This document shows positions 48,955-62,227 of a stretch of 64,000 nt of DNA, one piece after another. Both the position numbers and the translations under genes were made by a program. How positions within the stretch are numbered: the stretch's first letter is position 1; every line of letters begins with the position of its first letter. The DNA lies in the NCBI RefSeq assembly GCF_009914755.1, contig NC_060948.1; one strand, given 5' to 3'. This DNA comes from the human T2T-CHM13v2.0 reference genome, Homo sapiens. The notes below the pieces were generated by a model. That model was not told where the DNA came from and searched no databases. It saw only the letters and a list, made by a program, of their open reading frames with translations.

Positions 48955-49215
48955 TAAAATGTATTTCTAATATGTACATATGTTTAATTTATATATAATT
49001 AATCTCTGATTAACTGACCATTGATAAATGAGTCTCTGTTAATTGTTGGACTTACTGGGCTTATGTGGTAGGATTTGCATACCCTCACTTATTATATATG
49101 TATGTATTTCATATTTATGGAAAATCTACTCCTTTTGGTGCAAAAAAATGTATTTGCTAATAGTGTCAAAAAAGAGAAATTCATTATATGTCTATGTACC
49201 TTTTTACTCCATCAG

Positions 49216-49266
49216 CACTGCCTTCAGTGAAATGACAACTGTAACACATGAAAATTTGAGGTTTAA
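49216..49266 (+). CDS. Candidate 51-nt cassette exon (TAFSEMTTVTHENLRFN)
   Basis: tttttactccatcAG acceptor; AA|GTAAAT donor (alternative in-frame donor after 49260); open frame. Confidence 0.35.
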
Positions 49267-50214
49267 GTAAATAAAAAGCTAGATGTAAACATATATATGT
49301 AAATACACACACAGAGACACACACAAAAGTATACATGTAGAAAAGAGAGATTCAGATTTCGGAAGTTCATTGTATGGAGCATCCATAACAATACAGAGTG
49401 TTTTAGACACTGTTTTCTAAAGTCTTATTACTGTAGTATCTGCAGATACATTTCTTTCTTCAATCTAGTTGGATAAAAGAGGAATAGGTCTTAAGAGGAA
49501 TGCTTCTTATTCCTATTCCATTGGTCACCCTTATTTAGCAGCACCCTGAAACCTTAGAAAAATATGAGAACGTGTGTATTGTATGACACTCTACTAGAGT
49601 GAGCCAAAAGAGGCAACAATCCTATTTGATGAAAGGAGGAGGTAACAGTGGGCAGGGAGCTGAGGAGCTCTCAACAGAAAAGAGCAAAGCTGATAGACCC
49701 CTGGTCTCTTCGTCTGTTACCACATGAGGCTACTGCCCCAAAGGTAAACCCACCCTCAGATTGTATGGTGGCCCTGCCTTGGGTCTGTAGTTACTTAACC
49801 CTATCTGAGGGGCAGGAAAGACATCGATGATCGGTGAAGAGTTACTGGTGGTATTTGAACGTGAGAAGGCAGAAAATTACAAGGGCAAGCAAGATGGGTG
49901 TTTACAAACTAAAGTTGATTTTATGTAAATTTTGCCAGAAACAGTAACTTGGGGATTAGGTTTAGGAGTAAAGAAATGTATATAAACTTGATTCATTAAG
50001 TTTTTTTTACAGGCTGAAAAATTTCATTACAAACATCTAAAACCTCATTTGCAGAGAAAAATTAAATACCATGTTTCAAATAAATAACTGATTAATGTCC
50101 ATTTTTCAGGGTAACTAGATTATAAATTGTGGAATAGTTATTGCTAATTTGTATCAGAAAATTAAGTCTAGGATAACATGTGGAGTCTTGCTATGTTCAT
50201 TTTTAATCCTTTAG

Positions 50215-50268
50215 CTATTACCCCATTGAATTAAAAAGAGTAATGTGTGGTAGAGTCATCAATGATGG
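50215..50268 (+). CDS. Candidate 54-nt cassette exon (YYPIELKRVMCGRVINDG)
   Basis: ttttaatcctttAG acceptor, GG|GTGAGA donor, open frame. Confidence 0.5.
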
Positions 50269-50651
50269 GTGAGATTTGAAAATACGGAGAGAAAGAAGAG
50301 AGGCGTATATTAAGATTGGTAAAATTCACTCACAAATGAAGTAATAAAGAACTGCACTTAAATTGTGATTCATTAGATTGTTTGTTAAGGCCCAAGAGCA
50401 TCTTTACATAATGTAAGGTTTTCTTCTAGGAAAAAATGATATATTAATAGTAGATTCCAAATCATTGACATATACATTTTCAGAGTTCAGCCAGTTTATA
50501 AATGTAGAGCAATTGTACATAATTTCAACCAGAAAAGTATGTCTCTGAAGTCACTTGACCTGATGTGTACATTTTTAATTGTTAGCACTGGCCCGGATAA
50601 AATGACATCAGTAATCTTTCACTACTTTGATATATCTTTGATATAACTCAC

Positions 50652-50704
50652 CTTTCATTGGTGGTGTCATTGAAAACTACTGATGTTATTAATTTGGGTC
50701 AGTG
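50652..50704 (-). pseudogene. Inverted 53-nt cassette copy with stops
   Basis: The reverse complement reads tatcctttAG|cactgacccaaattaataacatcagtagttttcaatgacaccaccaatgaaag|GTGAGT. Confidence 0.75.
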
Positions 50705-50711
50705 CTAAAGG

Positions 50712-50744
<33 letters not shown>

Positions 50745-51113
50745 GACAGACAGATATAACACACATGTATATATGTGTGTGTGTATATATACAGATATAT
50801 CTTTTAGCTATATATGTAGTATATATAGATATATAAAAATGTATTTATGTGTATATAGATATACACATATCTATATACATGTCTACATATGTGCATATTT
50901 AAATGTGTGTATATATATCTGTATATACATATCAATATATAGATATATTATTTAGCACTGACCCAAATTAATAACATCAGTAGTCATATATATATCCTTT
51001 AATATATATGAGCATGTGTATATATATGTAAACATATATGTATATATCCTTTAGCATATATATGTATATATACATATATATAGTTTATATACACATATAT
51101 ATGTGTGTATATG

Positions 51114-52277
51114 CAGGTATATCTTGTTTTTATTGTGCTTTACTTTATTGCCCCTCAAATATTACTTTTTTTGTAAACTGAAGGTTTGTAGCAACCCTGC
51201 ATTGAGCAAGTCTCCTGGTTTTATTTTTCCAACAGCGCGTTCTCACTTTGCGTCTCTGTCACATTGTAATAATTCTTGCAATATTCCAAACTTTTTATTA
51301 TCATATCTGTTATGGTGATCTGTGATCAGTGATCTTTGATATTACTATTGTAGTTGTTTTGGGGCAACATGAACCATGTCCATATTAAGATGACAAGCCT
51401 AATCAATGACATGTTTGTTTTGACTGCTCCACTGACTAGCCATTCCCCCATCTTTCTCCTTCTCCTGGGACCTCCCTATTCCCTGAGACACAACACTATT
51501 GAAAGTAGGCCATTTAATAAGCCTATGATGGTCTCTGAGTGTCCTAGTGAAAGGAAGAGTCACATGTCTCTCACTTTAAACCAAAAGCTAGTAATGATTG
51601 TGAGGAAGGCTAGATTTCTTGCACCAGTTCAGCCAAGTTGTGAATGTAAAACAAAAACAAAAACAAAACAAAACAGAAAAGCCAAAATACTTCTTAAAGA
51701 AAATTAAGACTGCTACTCCAGTGAACATAAAAATGTTGAGAAAGCAAAACAGTCTGATTGCTAATACGGAGAATGTTTTAGTGGTCTGGATAAAGGATCA
51801 AACCAGCCACAGCATTCCCTTAAGCCAAAGCCTAATCCAGGACAAGGCCCTCAGTCTCTTTGATTCAATGAAGCCTGGGAGAGGTAAGGAAGCAACAGAA
51901 GAAAAGCTTGAAGCTAAAAGATTGGTTCGTGACGTTTAAGGAAAGAAGCCATCTCCATCACATAAAAGTGAAAGGTAAACAGCAAGTGCCGATGCAGAAG
52001 CAGCAGCAAGTTATCCAGAAGATCTAGTTGAGATAATTGATGACAGTGGCCAAACTAAAGAACACATTTTCAATGTAGACAAGATAGCCTTTTATTGGAA
52101 GAAGATGCCATCTAGGACTTTTATATTTAGAGAGGAGAAGTCAACACATGGTTTCAAATCTTCAAAGCACAGGCCAATTCTCTTTTTAGGGGCTAATGAA
52201 GCTGATGACTTTAAGTTGAAGCCAATAATCATTGACTCTTCTGAAAATCCTGGGGCCCTTATGAATTATGCTAAATC
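51114..52277 (+). mobile_element. Tigger1 DNA transposon, 5' part
   Basis: caggtatatcttgttttattgtgctttac... TIR-like start; transposase remnants (ORFs 51619-51939 [29 protein letters not shown] and 52105-52296 MPSRTFI). Confidence 0.9.
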
Positions 52278-55200
52278 AAGCAAGATGGGTGACTAGAGAT
52301 GCCTGGTGCTCATCTCCCCTACAAGAAAGAACCAAGGCAAGAAATACACATCTAAGATTTGATTAGAGTATTGAAGGGATAGTCCTGGAGTGCAGCAAAG
52401 GAGTGGAGACACGTCTGTGGTGATGGGAAGTTGCCACAGCATGGAAGCACTCCGCCTGTGCCGCCCCTTCTGCCCCATCTGGATTGAATTGGCCCAGAGA
52501 CAGGAGGGACTTCTCATTGCAGGTTGAAGGTAAGCAGAAGATCCCCACCAGCCCCACTGCCATCACAAACACAAAGTCTTTACAACAGGAGAATCTCACA
52601 GTCTTTGCAAGCCCTCAGGCCAGTTTGGAGTATTGCCAAAAATTGACACACCTGCATGTCCTGGACTAGGAGTACAAGATGAAGACTTCCCACCCCCAGA
52701 GACTTAAGCTGCAGCAACACAGCACCATCATGAGACCAGAGTCATCTCTTGAGTGTGCCCTCCTCTGGGGGCCAGTAGCCAGTCTGCCTCTCCAGCACTG
52801 GAGCTTTATCTTCAGTACACCAAGCCCACATGGGTGGGTTAAAGCCACAATCCCGGCTGTGTGGAGGTTGGACCCAGGACTGGCTGTAACTCAAGTAATG
52901 CAGAGCAGGGAAATCAACCCCCACCACCACGCTTCCAGACAGAGGAATAATCTGCAGTCCCATCCAGGGTAAATTCACTCTTAAGACAGGCAAACCACTA
53001 CATGCCCTCTCCCAAGTGGGAGACGCCCCTAAGCCTCTGAGCAGCTGATACACCCCCAGGTCAACAGAGTGACTATGAGCCCATGCAAGGAAACAGCCTT
53101 GCAGGCCCCATCCACCACAGACATGCTCCTGGCCTGCCCAGGAGCCCTCTGCCTTTAATAAGGGCCTGAGAAACAGTCCCACAGGCTGCCCCCAGCAGGA
53201 ACACCACTGAGTGGGCCTTGCACCTGTGTCTCAGACCTGAGAGACAAGCAGTTGTGTATGCCCAAGTCTGAGGGCCGAGAAACAACCCTGGGAGCTTACT
53301 CTGGCCAGCAGACTGTCAGGCCAACTAAGCAGCCACATACCTATGTCCCAGCTTGAGGAACAGCCCTTTAGGCCACCCCCCACAGAAACACTCCCAGGCC
53401 AACTAAGCAGCTGTGCAACCTTGCATGAGCCTGAGAAATAGTTCTGTATCCATTCCCAGCAGATGCACCTCCAGACCAGCCAATCAGCCATGAATGCCCA
53501 TGTCCTGGACCTAAGAAAGAGCTCCATGGGCTACTCCCAGAAGACATGCCCTTAGGCCAGCCGAGCAGCCTCGTGTCCACATCCTGGCTCATAGAAGCAG
53601 TCCCCTGGGCTTCCCCTGGCAGGCACCACCCAGGCCAGCTGAGCAACAGTGTGCCCACATCCTGAGCTAGAACAGCTCTATGGACTACCCCCAGCAGTCA
53701 CATCCAGGACAGCTGAGAAGTCATTTGACTGTATCCCAGGCCTGAGAAACACCCCTCTTGGCCAGCCCTGGCCAAGATACCTTCAGTCCAGCTTAGCAGC
53801 TTTGCAGCTATATATTTGGCCCATGAGTTTCCCCCAGCAGACTGGCCCCAGCCCAGATGAACAGTTGTGTGCCCACATACCAGGTATGGGAAACAGCCCT
53901 TCAGGCCACTCCTGGAGTGCATGCTTCCAGGCCAGGCAAACAGCTGTGTGCCTGCATCCTGGGCCTGAGAAACTGTCCTGCAAAGCGCATCTGGCAGTCA
54001 TGCCCTGGTTGAGCAACTGCATCCCCATGCTCCTGGCTAGAGTGACAGCATCATGGCCAGCCGCATAAAGCCATACTCCATGTTTTCTGACCCATTGTAT
54101 GCCTGCACACACCCCTACCCTGAGAAACAGCCCTGTGAGCCCACCCTGGCAAGGCTGCACCACCATCACTACAAACTTCCTTAACCTAGTCCACTGAGTA
54201 ACTTGCAAATTTTACTAGTGTGGATCACAGCTGAATAAACTACATAGAGACTACACTTACTGCATCCATGTAGAACCAAGGCCAGTATACCCCAATGAAC
54301 TGACATCCAAGACCCATTCATACAAATAAATTCATACAAGTAAATCTACTCCATAAAATTGGAAAAGGTGACTTTTTCACCAGATGCATAGAAATCAATT
54401 TAGAAACACAGCAACCGTGAAAATGCAAGAAAACATGTCACCTACAAAGGGAAATAATAATGATCCAGTAATAGAACCCAATCATAAACATATGAAATGA
54501 CAGAAAAAAGAATAATCTTAGGGAAACTCAGTGAGATGTAAGTTAATACAGATAGACAAGTCAATGAAATCAGGAAAACATGATTTGAAAGAGAAATTAA
54601 GTAAGGATACAGATATAAAAATAACCAAACAGAAGCCCTAAGAGCTAAACAGTTCAGTGGATGAAATGAAAAAATACAATCAATGGCTTTACAGACAAGA
54701 ACAAGCAGAAGAAATCGTTTCTGAACTTGAAGACAAGTCTTTTGAAATAACACAGACAGGCAAAAAGGGATAAAAAAGAATGAAAAAATCCTACAGGATT
54801 TATAGGACACCATTAATTTGATCAAATATTCATATTATGGGCATTCCAGAAGGAAAAGTTTAAAATAGCAAGAGAAAAGTAACACACTTATAATGGAATC
54901 CCCATTAGACTAACAGCTGATTTCCCAGCAGAAACCTTAGGCTAGAAGAGAATGGGATGATATATTCAAAGTTCTGGAAGAAAAAAATCTTTCAGCCAAG
55001 AATATTATACCCAGCACAGCTATCCTTTACAAATGAAGAAGACATAAAATCTGTCATAGATAAACCAGAACAAAGATAATTCATCACCACTAGACCAGCC
55101 TTAGAAGAAATGCCCAAGGGAGTCTTACATCTGGAAGTAAAAAGATGATAACCACCATCATGAAAACATGAAAAACTTTAAAAGTCACTGTTAGAGTCAA

Positions 55201-57072
55201 TACATAAAGGAGAAAGAGAAAGGAATGAAACCTTATCACTACAGAAAACTAACCAACTTCAAAAGTAAACTGGAAGAAAGGAATAAAACATATACGAAAC
55301 AACCAGAAAACAATAAAACGTTGGAAGTAACTCCTCATCTACCAATAATAACTTTGAATGTTAATAGATTAAATACCCCATGAAGGATATAGACTTACTG
55401 AGTGGATTAAAAAATAAGACCCAACTATATTTTATCTAAAAGAAACTCACTTTACTTTTAAAGAAACACATAGACTGATAATGAAGGGATGGAAAAAGAT
55501 ATTCTATGCAAATGGAAGCCAAAAGTGAGCAGGAATAGCTATACTGTATCAGACAAAACAGAGTTCAAGTTAAAAACTATAAAAATTGACAAATGAGATT
55601 ATTATGTAATAATAAAGGGTTCAATTCAGCAAGAAATATAATTGTAATATGTGTATAATTGTAAATATGTATGCACTCAAACACCAGAGCACCTAGATAT
55701 ATAAAGCGAATATTACTAGATTTAAAGAGGGAGATAGACCCCATTACAAAGAGAGTTGGACACTTCCGCATCCCACTCAATCTCAGCATTGGACAAATCG
55801 TCTAGACAGAAAATCAACAAAGAAACATCAAACTTAAACTTCACCATAGACCAAATGAACATAAATAACAAACATATACAGAACATCTCACCTAACAGCT
55901 GCAGAATACACATTCTTTTCATCAGCACATAGAACATTATCCAAGATAGACCATATGTTAGGCTACAAAACAAGTCTAAACAAATTTTTAAAAATTGAAA
56001 TTCTATCAGGTATCTTATCTTACCACAATGGAATAAAACAGACATTCATAACAAGAGGAACATTCAAAACTATACAGACATATGGAAATTAAACAACATG
56101 CCCTTGAATTACAACAAGTGAAGAAAGAAATTAAGAATGAAATTTAAGAATTCCTTGAAACAAATGTAACTAGAAACACAATATACCAAAACAGGAGACA
56201 CAGCAAAAGCAGTTATTAAGAAGTATGTTTTTAGCTTCATCTATGTCCCTACAAAGACATGAACTCATCATTTTTTCAGCAAACTATCGCAAGAAGAAAA
56301 CATCAAACATCACATGTTCTCACTCATAGGTGGGATTTGAACAATGAGAACACTTGGACACAGGAAGGGGGACATCACACACTGGGGCCTGTTGTTTGGT
56401 AGGGGGAGGGGGGAGGGATAGCATTAGGAGATATATCTAATGTAAATGACGAGTTAATGGGAACAGCACACCAACATGGCACATTTATACATATGTAACA
56501 AACCTGCACATTGTGCACATGTACCCTAGAACTTAAAGTATATAAAAAAAAAAGAAGTATGTTTTTAGCAATAAATGCCTGGATCAAAAAAACTAGAAAA
56601 CTTTCAAATAAACCACTGAACAATTCTACCTCAAGAAACTAGAATAGTAAGAACAAACCAAACCCCAAATTATTAAAAGGAAATAAATAATGAAGACCAA
56701 ACAGAAATAAACAAATTTGATGCAAAAATTACAAAAGGTTAACAACAAAAAGCAGGTTTAAAAAATATCAACAAACCATCAGCTAGACTAATTAACAAAA
56801 AGGGAAGACCCAAATAAGTAAAATCAGAAACAAAAAAAAGAGACCTCATAACAGATATGACAGAAATAAAAATAATTATTAGAGACTATTATGAGCAACT
56901 CCACAATAAATTTGAAAACCTAGAGGAGGTGGACAAAATCCTTGACCTATACGACCTACCAAGACTAAACCAAGAAGAAATAGAAAACCTGAACAGACCA
57001 AAAACAAGTAAGGAGATTTAATCCGTAATAAAAAGGCTTTCAACAAAGTCCAGGACCTGACGGCTTCACCAC
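52278..57072 (+). mobile_element. L1M/L1MA-type element (5'UTR with internal ~60-bp tandem repeats, ORF1, start of ORF2) inserted in Tigger1, 3' end deleted
   Basis: caagatgggtgactagag start; ORF1-like 54400-55150; endonuclease-like 55330 onward. Confidence 0.8.
56236..56551 (+). mobile_element. Short L1PA with 5' inversion (twin priming), nested in the older L1
   Basis: 18-bp TSD aagaagtatgtttttagc at 56218-56235 and 56552-56569; ~40-nt inverted segment then sense 3'UTR and poly-A. Confidence 0.88.
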
Positions 57073-57084
57073 TTAATCCTCACT

Positions 57085-57478
57085 TGTGAAAGGAAGAGTC
57101 ATTTTCTACAGCAAACTTCAGTGTTGTCCTATTTTAAGAAATTGCCTCAGCCACTCCAACCATTGGCAACCACCACTCTGATCAGTCAGCAGCCATGAAC
57201 ATGGAGAAAACGCCCTCCGCCAGCAAAATGACTATGACTTGCTAAAGGCTCATGTGATCATTAGCATTTTTTAACCAATAAAGTAGTTTTTAATTAAAGT
57301 ATGTACATAAGTTTTTTGAACATAATGCCATTGCAAACTTAACAGGCTACAGTGTAGGTTAAACATAACTTTTATATGCACAGGGAACCCAAAACATTTG
57401 TGTGAGTTGCTTAATGCAGTTTTTGCTTTATTGCAGTAGTCTGGAATGAAACCCACAATGTCTTTGAGATATGTCTAT
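57085..57478 (+). mobile_element. Tigger1 3' part
   Basis: gcaaacttcagtgttgtcctattttaagaaattgcc...ctttattgcagtagtctggaa...gagatatgtct. Confidence 0.88.
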
Positions 57479-57791
57479 ACACATATTATTTATATATTAT
57501 ATATCCATATACATATTCTTTTATATATCTTTATATACATATATATAGAAAGAGACAGAGAGAGAAGATAAAAAGATGCAAAATTCAGTGTTGGGAGTAT
57601 CCATGAGGAAAGAGTTTCTGATTAATGATTGTAATTTTCTTTCTTAAATATTAGGTCTTCCAGTGAGCTAAGTCATGTTTACTATATCCTTTAGATTCAT
57701 GGGATTCTTGTTATTCAAATATATTTTTCATCATTATTTTGTGTAGCAAATATCTAATGATATATTTTTGCATTTTTTTTTGTGGCTAAAG

Positions 57792-57851
57792 TATGTTAGA
57801 ACGACTTTCCAAGTTTAAAGTTGAAGGTGCTGAAAATGTTGCTTCATATGA
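57792..57851 (+). CDS. TPTE2: TPTE2-family 60-nt exon MLERLSKFKVEGAENVASY(D), preceding the voltage-sensor region
   Basis: ggctaaAG acceptor, GA|GTAAGT donor, phase 2/2; matches TPTE2 MLERLSKFEVEDAENVASYD. Confidence 0.92.
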
Positions 57852-60351
57852 GTAAGTCAGTTTGAAGTTTGAAAGGAGGGAGCCATTGATGGATCTCTTA
57901 TCTTTAGTTAAACAGGGCTTCCGCTGAGGCAAGAAGGAAAAAGGGAAACTATGGAAAGATATCAAAATGTATGGGTGGGAGGGTACACCGTATTTACTCC
58001 AGTTGAATTCTTAGACAAGCATTATTTTGAAAAAAAAAATTCCATCCATTCAGAAATAAATGTTCTTCTAGCTTGAAAATGTAAAAAGTATTCTTAGAGG
58101 AAATTAATTCCATTAAAAGTTTTTTTTTAAAAAAGACAGGAATGCAGAATGCTACTTAACTCATCAATAGTGAATGTTTCTCATTTTTACTGGATATGGT
58201 GTGATTCCCAATTTTGTAGATTTTTCCTATGAGCAAATAGTATTGATAGCAAAAGCAAACATATTTTGCTGACTAAAGACCTCTTTATGGTCATTGGGAT
58301 TTTATTCTTATTTGTTTCTAATCTCACTAGAGTACTTCCTGTTGCACTGACCTGAAGGCATTTTATCATGTACTCACTAATGAAACAATACATTCTTAAA
58401 CTGGCTTGTGTCTGAACTGCAGACATATTCAGGAGATTTTTCTTCTGCTTCTTTCTTGCCCAGTTGTATAACCATTCACTAGCTTGTGTCAATGCTGGAG
58501 AGGAAGTACTGCCATCGATGAAGTTAACTCACCATGGTTGTAAGCTGTTGGTGTCTAAACAAAGATTGGAAACAAAGAGGGCAAATACAAATAGTTCTTC
58601 AAATTACCCTGAATTTGCCACTGAGTTAAACTGTGTGTCTGCAGATTAGCTATACGTTTTCTGTAATGAAGCTGCCCAGGGCTGAAACAAAATTAGACAG
58701 ATTAAACAAGGTAAACATTTCCTTCTTTCCCTACTCCAAACAAAATAAAGCAGGTTTTCATTTTATTTTATTTTCAAATTACAAAGTCTCATTACATAGA
58801 TGTAGGAGGAATTTGCAGTAGTCCCTGTGAGAAATGCTGGTGTTTCATACCAGGGAGATGATACTGGATTTATAGTAAAAGCTGGCTTTGGCCTCATGTA
58901 TTCATTCACCTGATACTCAGCAAGTCACTAACTCTCTTTGACTTTCAGATTATTCAAATGTAAACTGGCTATAATGCAATCTATGTACTGGATATTGTAT
59001 TGTAAAAAATTAGTAATAAAATGAAAATAACATGCAAAAATACTTTGAAAACTCTGTAGTTCTGTAAATAGGTTTTATTCTAAAAACTGAAAATAACGTA
59101 AGAGTTCATTAAAGGAAAATCAGAAAATACAATCAACAAATCTACCCACATATAGTCATTCTTAAACTTTGGTGCTTGCACTTCTAAGTTCCTTAAGCAT
59201 ATTTTTTTTTGTTTACAGATATGAGACCATACTTATTCTTTTGTAAATAACCTTATTAATGACATCATGGCTATTTTTTTGTTAATATATATTCATGTGC
59301 ACTTACAGCATTATTTGTAACAGTTGTGTAATATTTCATGGTGTAGATGTGCTATAATTCATTTAATAGTCAGATATTGCTGAACAATTAAGTTTTTTAC
59401 AAGTTTTTAACTGTTACAAAAATGAATTTATTTGAGGCTAAATCTCTGTATATTGTTGGTTATTTGCTTGTTATAAATTCTCAGAAGTGGAAATTCTGTG
59501 TCAAAGGGAATGATTGTGACGCTATTGATATTGATATGTGCTTTAACATCAAGATGCAAAGTGTACATTTCTCCCCTCCCACACTTAACACTAGCCATCA
59601 TTGATTTCTCTGATATTAGTAAATATATTTGTTCTAATGCACGTTCTTTGACACACCTTCATTTATCCTTTTCTGTCTTTGGACTGAAAAGTTAAATCTA
59701 TTGATCCTTTTTCTATTTTATGTAATATAAGCAATTTCTCCCAGGTTGTCTTGCTTTTCACTATATAAAAGCATTTAATCCTCATGTAATCAAATGTATC
59801 TATACTTTTCTTTGTGATTTTGCCTTTAATGTTATTCTCAGAAAGTCCTTCTTACCCCAAGATTTTAAATATATTCACCAACATTTCTGTTTTGAATTTA
59901 TTTTCTTCATTTAAATAAAATATCTGCCCTGAATTTACTTTGTCTTAAGGTATAAAATGTAGAAATTTACTTTTCTCCTAAGTGACTCATAGTTTTTTCA
60001 GCATGAACATGTCATCCCCATGTATTGTCCTTACCCTGTTTTAGTGATCTAGAGTGAGCAGGAAGACCAGAGTCACTAAAGTGTTTTTCGTGCTTTGCAT
60101 CATGGCCACCTCCCTACTCCCAGAGTCTGCACAAGAGAAAAATGTGTCTAGTGGGAGAGATAGCACCTGCCTTCAATACAAATCCCATTTCGTTAAACAT
60201 GGTCTTGTTAGTGTCAGGTAGCTTCCACCTTCTACTGTTGAAAAATGACATCATGTTCATAGTTAATATTTATGCTTTTAATTCAACTTTGATAATAATA
60301 TTGGAACTTTCAGTGTTATAAGGTTTAGTATCTCATATCTTTCTCTCTCTC

Positions 60352-60642
60352 TCTTTTTTTTTGAGCCAGAGTCTTGCTCTGTCACCAGGCTGGAGTGCAG
60401 TGGTGCCACTCAGCTCACTGCACCCTCCGCTTCCCAGGTTCAAGCGATTCTCCTGCCTCAGCCTCCTGAGTAGCTGGGACTACAGGCACGCACCACCACA
60501 CCCAGCTAATTTTTTGTATTTTTAGTAGGGATGGAGTTTCACCATGTTGGCCAGGATGGTCTCGATCTCTTGACCTCATGATCCACCCACCTTGGCCGCC
60601 CAAAGTGCTGGGATTACAGGTGTGAGCGACAGCGCCTGGCCT
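60352..60642 (-). mobile_element. Alu (AluSc-like)
   Basis: Reverse-strand Alu. Confidence 0.93.
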
Positions 60643-61178
60643 CTATCTCTTTATTTTTGAATTGTCATTTAAATTTAGTTTTTGTCTCTCGTGTATAGCA
60701 TGTAATGCCTTTAATTTCAAAGTTATCTGAGAGTATTTCTCAATATGCAATATGAGAGTAATATGTTTGTATTTATGATTTCTGATATGTTTGGTTTTAT
60801 TTATCATCTTTTTCTTTATTAAAAATACTTTGATATTTTCTTTGTAAATTTGTCTATATTTTGCTATTAATTGATTTTGTTTTTATCCCTTGCATTTTTT
60901 GTTGATATACAAGTCAGAAGCCCATTTCTAGTCTATCAATGTTTATATTTAAATGTTTAGAAAACATAATTATACCATTTTTTCCATCAATATAGAGAAT
61001 AAAGCTGAACTTGTACCTGTGAAAGATAAGAAATGCAACCTGCCTTTACTTCTATCTTCTTCCACACCTTGAATCCTAGTGTAAGAATGCCTAAAAATTC
61101 AAATCAATACTATTATTCATGATTTTTTATTATTCATCTTTACTTTTAGAATCATTTATTTACATTTTCACCTGCTAC

Positions 61179-62227
61179 TTTTTTTTTTATTATTATACTG
61201 TAAGTTCTAGGGTACATGTGCACAATGTGCAGGTTTGTTACATATTCATGCATGTGCCATGTTGGTGTGCTGTACCCATTAATTCATCATTTACATTAAG
61301 TGTATCTCCTAATGCTATCCCTCCCCCATCTCCCCACCCTATGACAGGCCCTGGTGTGTGATGCTCCCCTTCCTGTGTCCAGGGGTTCTCATTGTTCAAT
61401 TCCCACCTATGAGTGAGAACATGCAGTGTTTGGTTTTCTGACCTTGCGATAGTTTGCTGAGAATGATGGTTTCCAGCTTCATCCATGTCCCTAAAAAGGA
61501 CATTAACTCATCCTTTTTTATGGCTGCTTAGTATTCCATGGTGTATATGTGCCACATTTTCTTAATCCAGTCTATCACTGTTGGACATTTGGGTTGGTTC
61601 CAAGTCTTTGCTATTGTGAATAGTGCAGCAATAAACATACGTGTGCTTGTGTCTTTATAGCAGCATGATTTATAATCCTTTGGGTATATACCCAGTAATG
61701 GGATGGCTGGGTCAAATGGTGTTTCTAGTTTTAGATCCTTGAGGAATTGCCACACTGACTTCCACAATGGTTGAACTAGTTTACAGTCCCACCAACAGTG
61801 TAAAAGCATTCAATTTATCCACATCCTCTCCAGCACCTGTTGTTTCCTGACTTTTTAATGATAGCCATTCTAACTGGTGTGAGATGGTATATCATTGTGG
61901 TTTTGATTTGCATTTCTCTGATGACCAGTGATGATGAGCATTTTTTCATGTGTCTGTTGGCTGCATAAATGTCTTCTTTTGAGAAGTGTCTGTTCGTATC
62001 CTTTGCCCATTTTTTGATGGGGTTGTTTGTTTTTTTCTTGTAAATTTGTTTGAGTTCTTTGTAGATTCTGGATATTAGTGCTTTGTCAGATGAGTAGATT
62101 GCAAAAATTTTCTCCAATTCTGTAGGTTGCCTGTTCACTCTGATGGTAGTTTCTTTTGCTGTGCAGAAGCTCTTTAGTTTAATTAGATCCCACTTGTCAA
62201 TTTTGGCTTTTGTTGTCGTTGCTTTTC
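61179..62227 (-). mobile_element. 5'-truncated L1PA
   Basis: ORF2 C-terminal peptides (ORFs 61528-61809, 61815-62138); TSD ttcacctgctac at 61167-61178 and 62228-62239. Confidence 0.93.

Noticed and set aside
51354-52296. Transposase-like ORFs
   Set aside because: Frameshifted Tigger1 remnants, interrupted by an L1; no sign of domestication
53050-54150. GC-richer ~60-bp degenerate tandem repeats with several overlapping ORFs
   Set aside because: They lie within the 5'UTR of an old L1M-type element, where such internal repeats are expected
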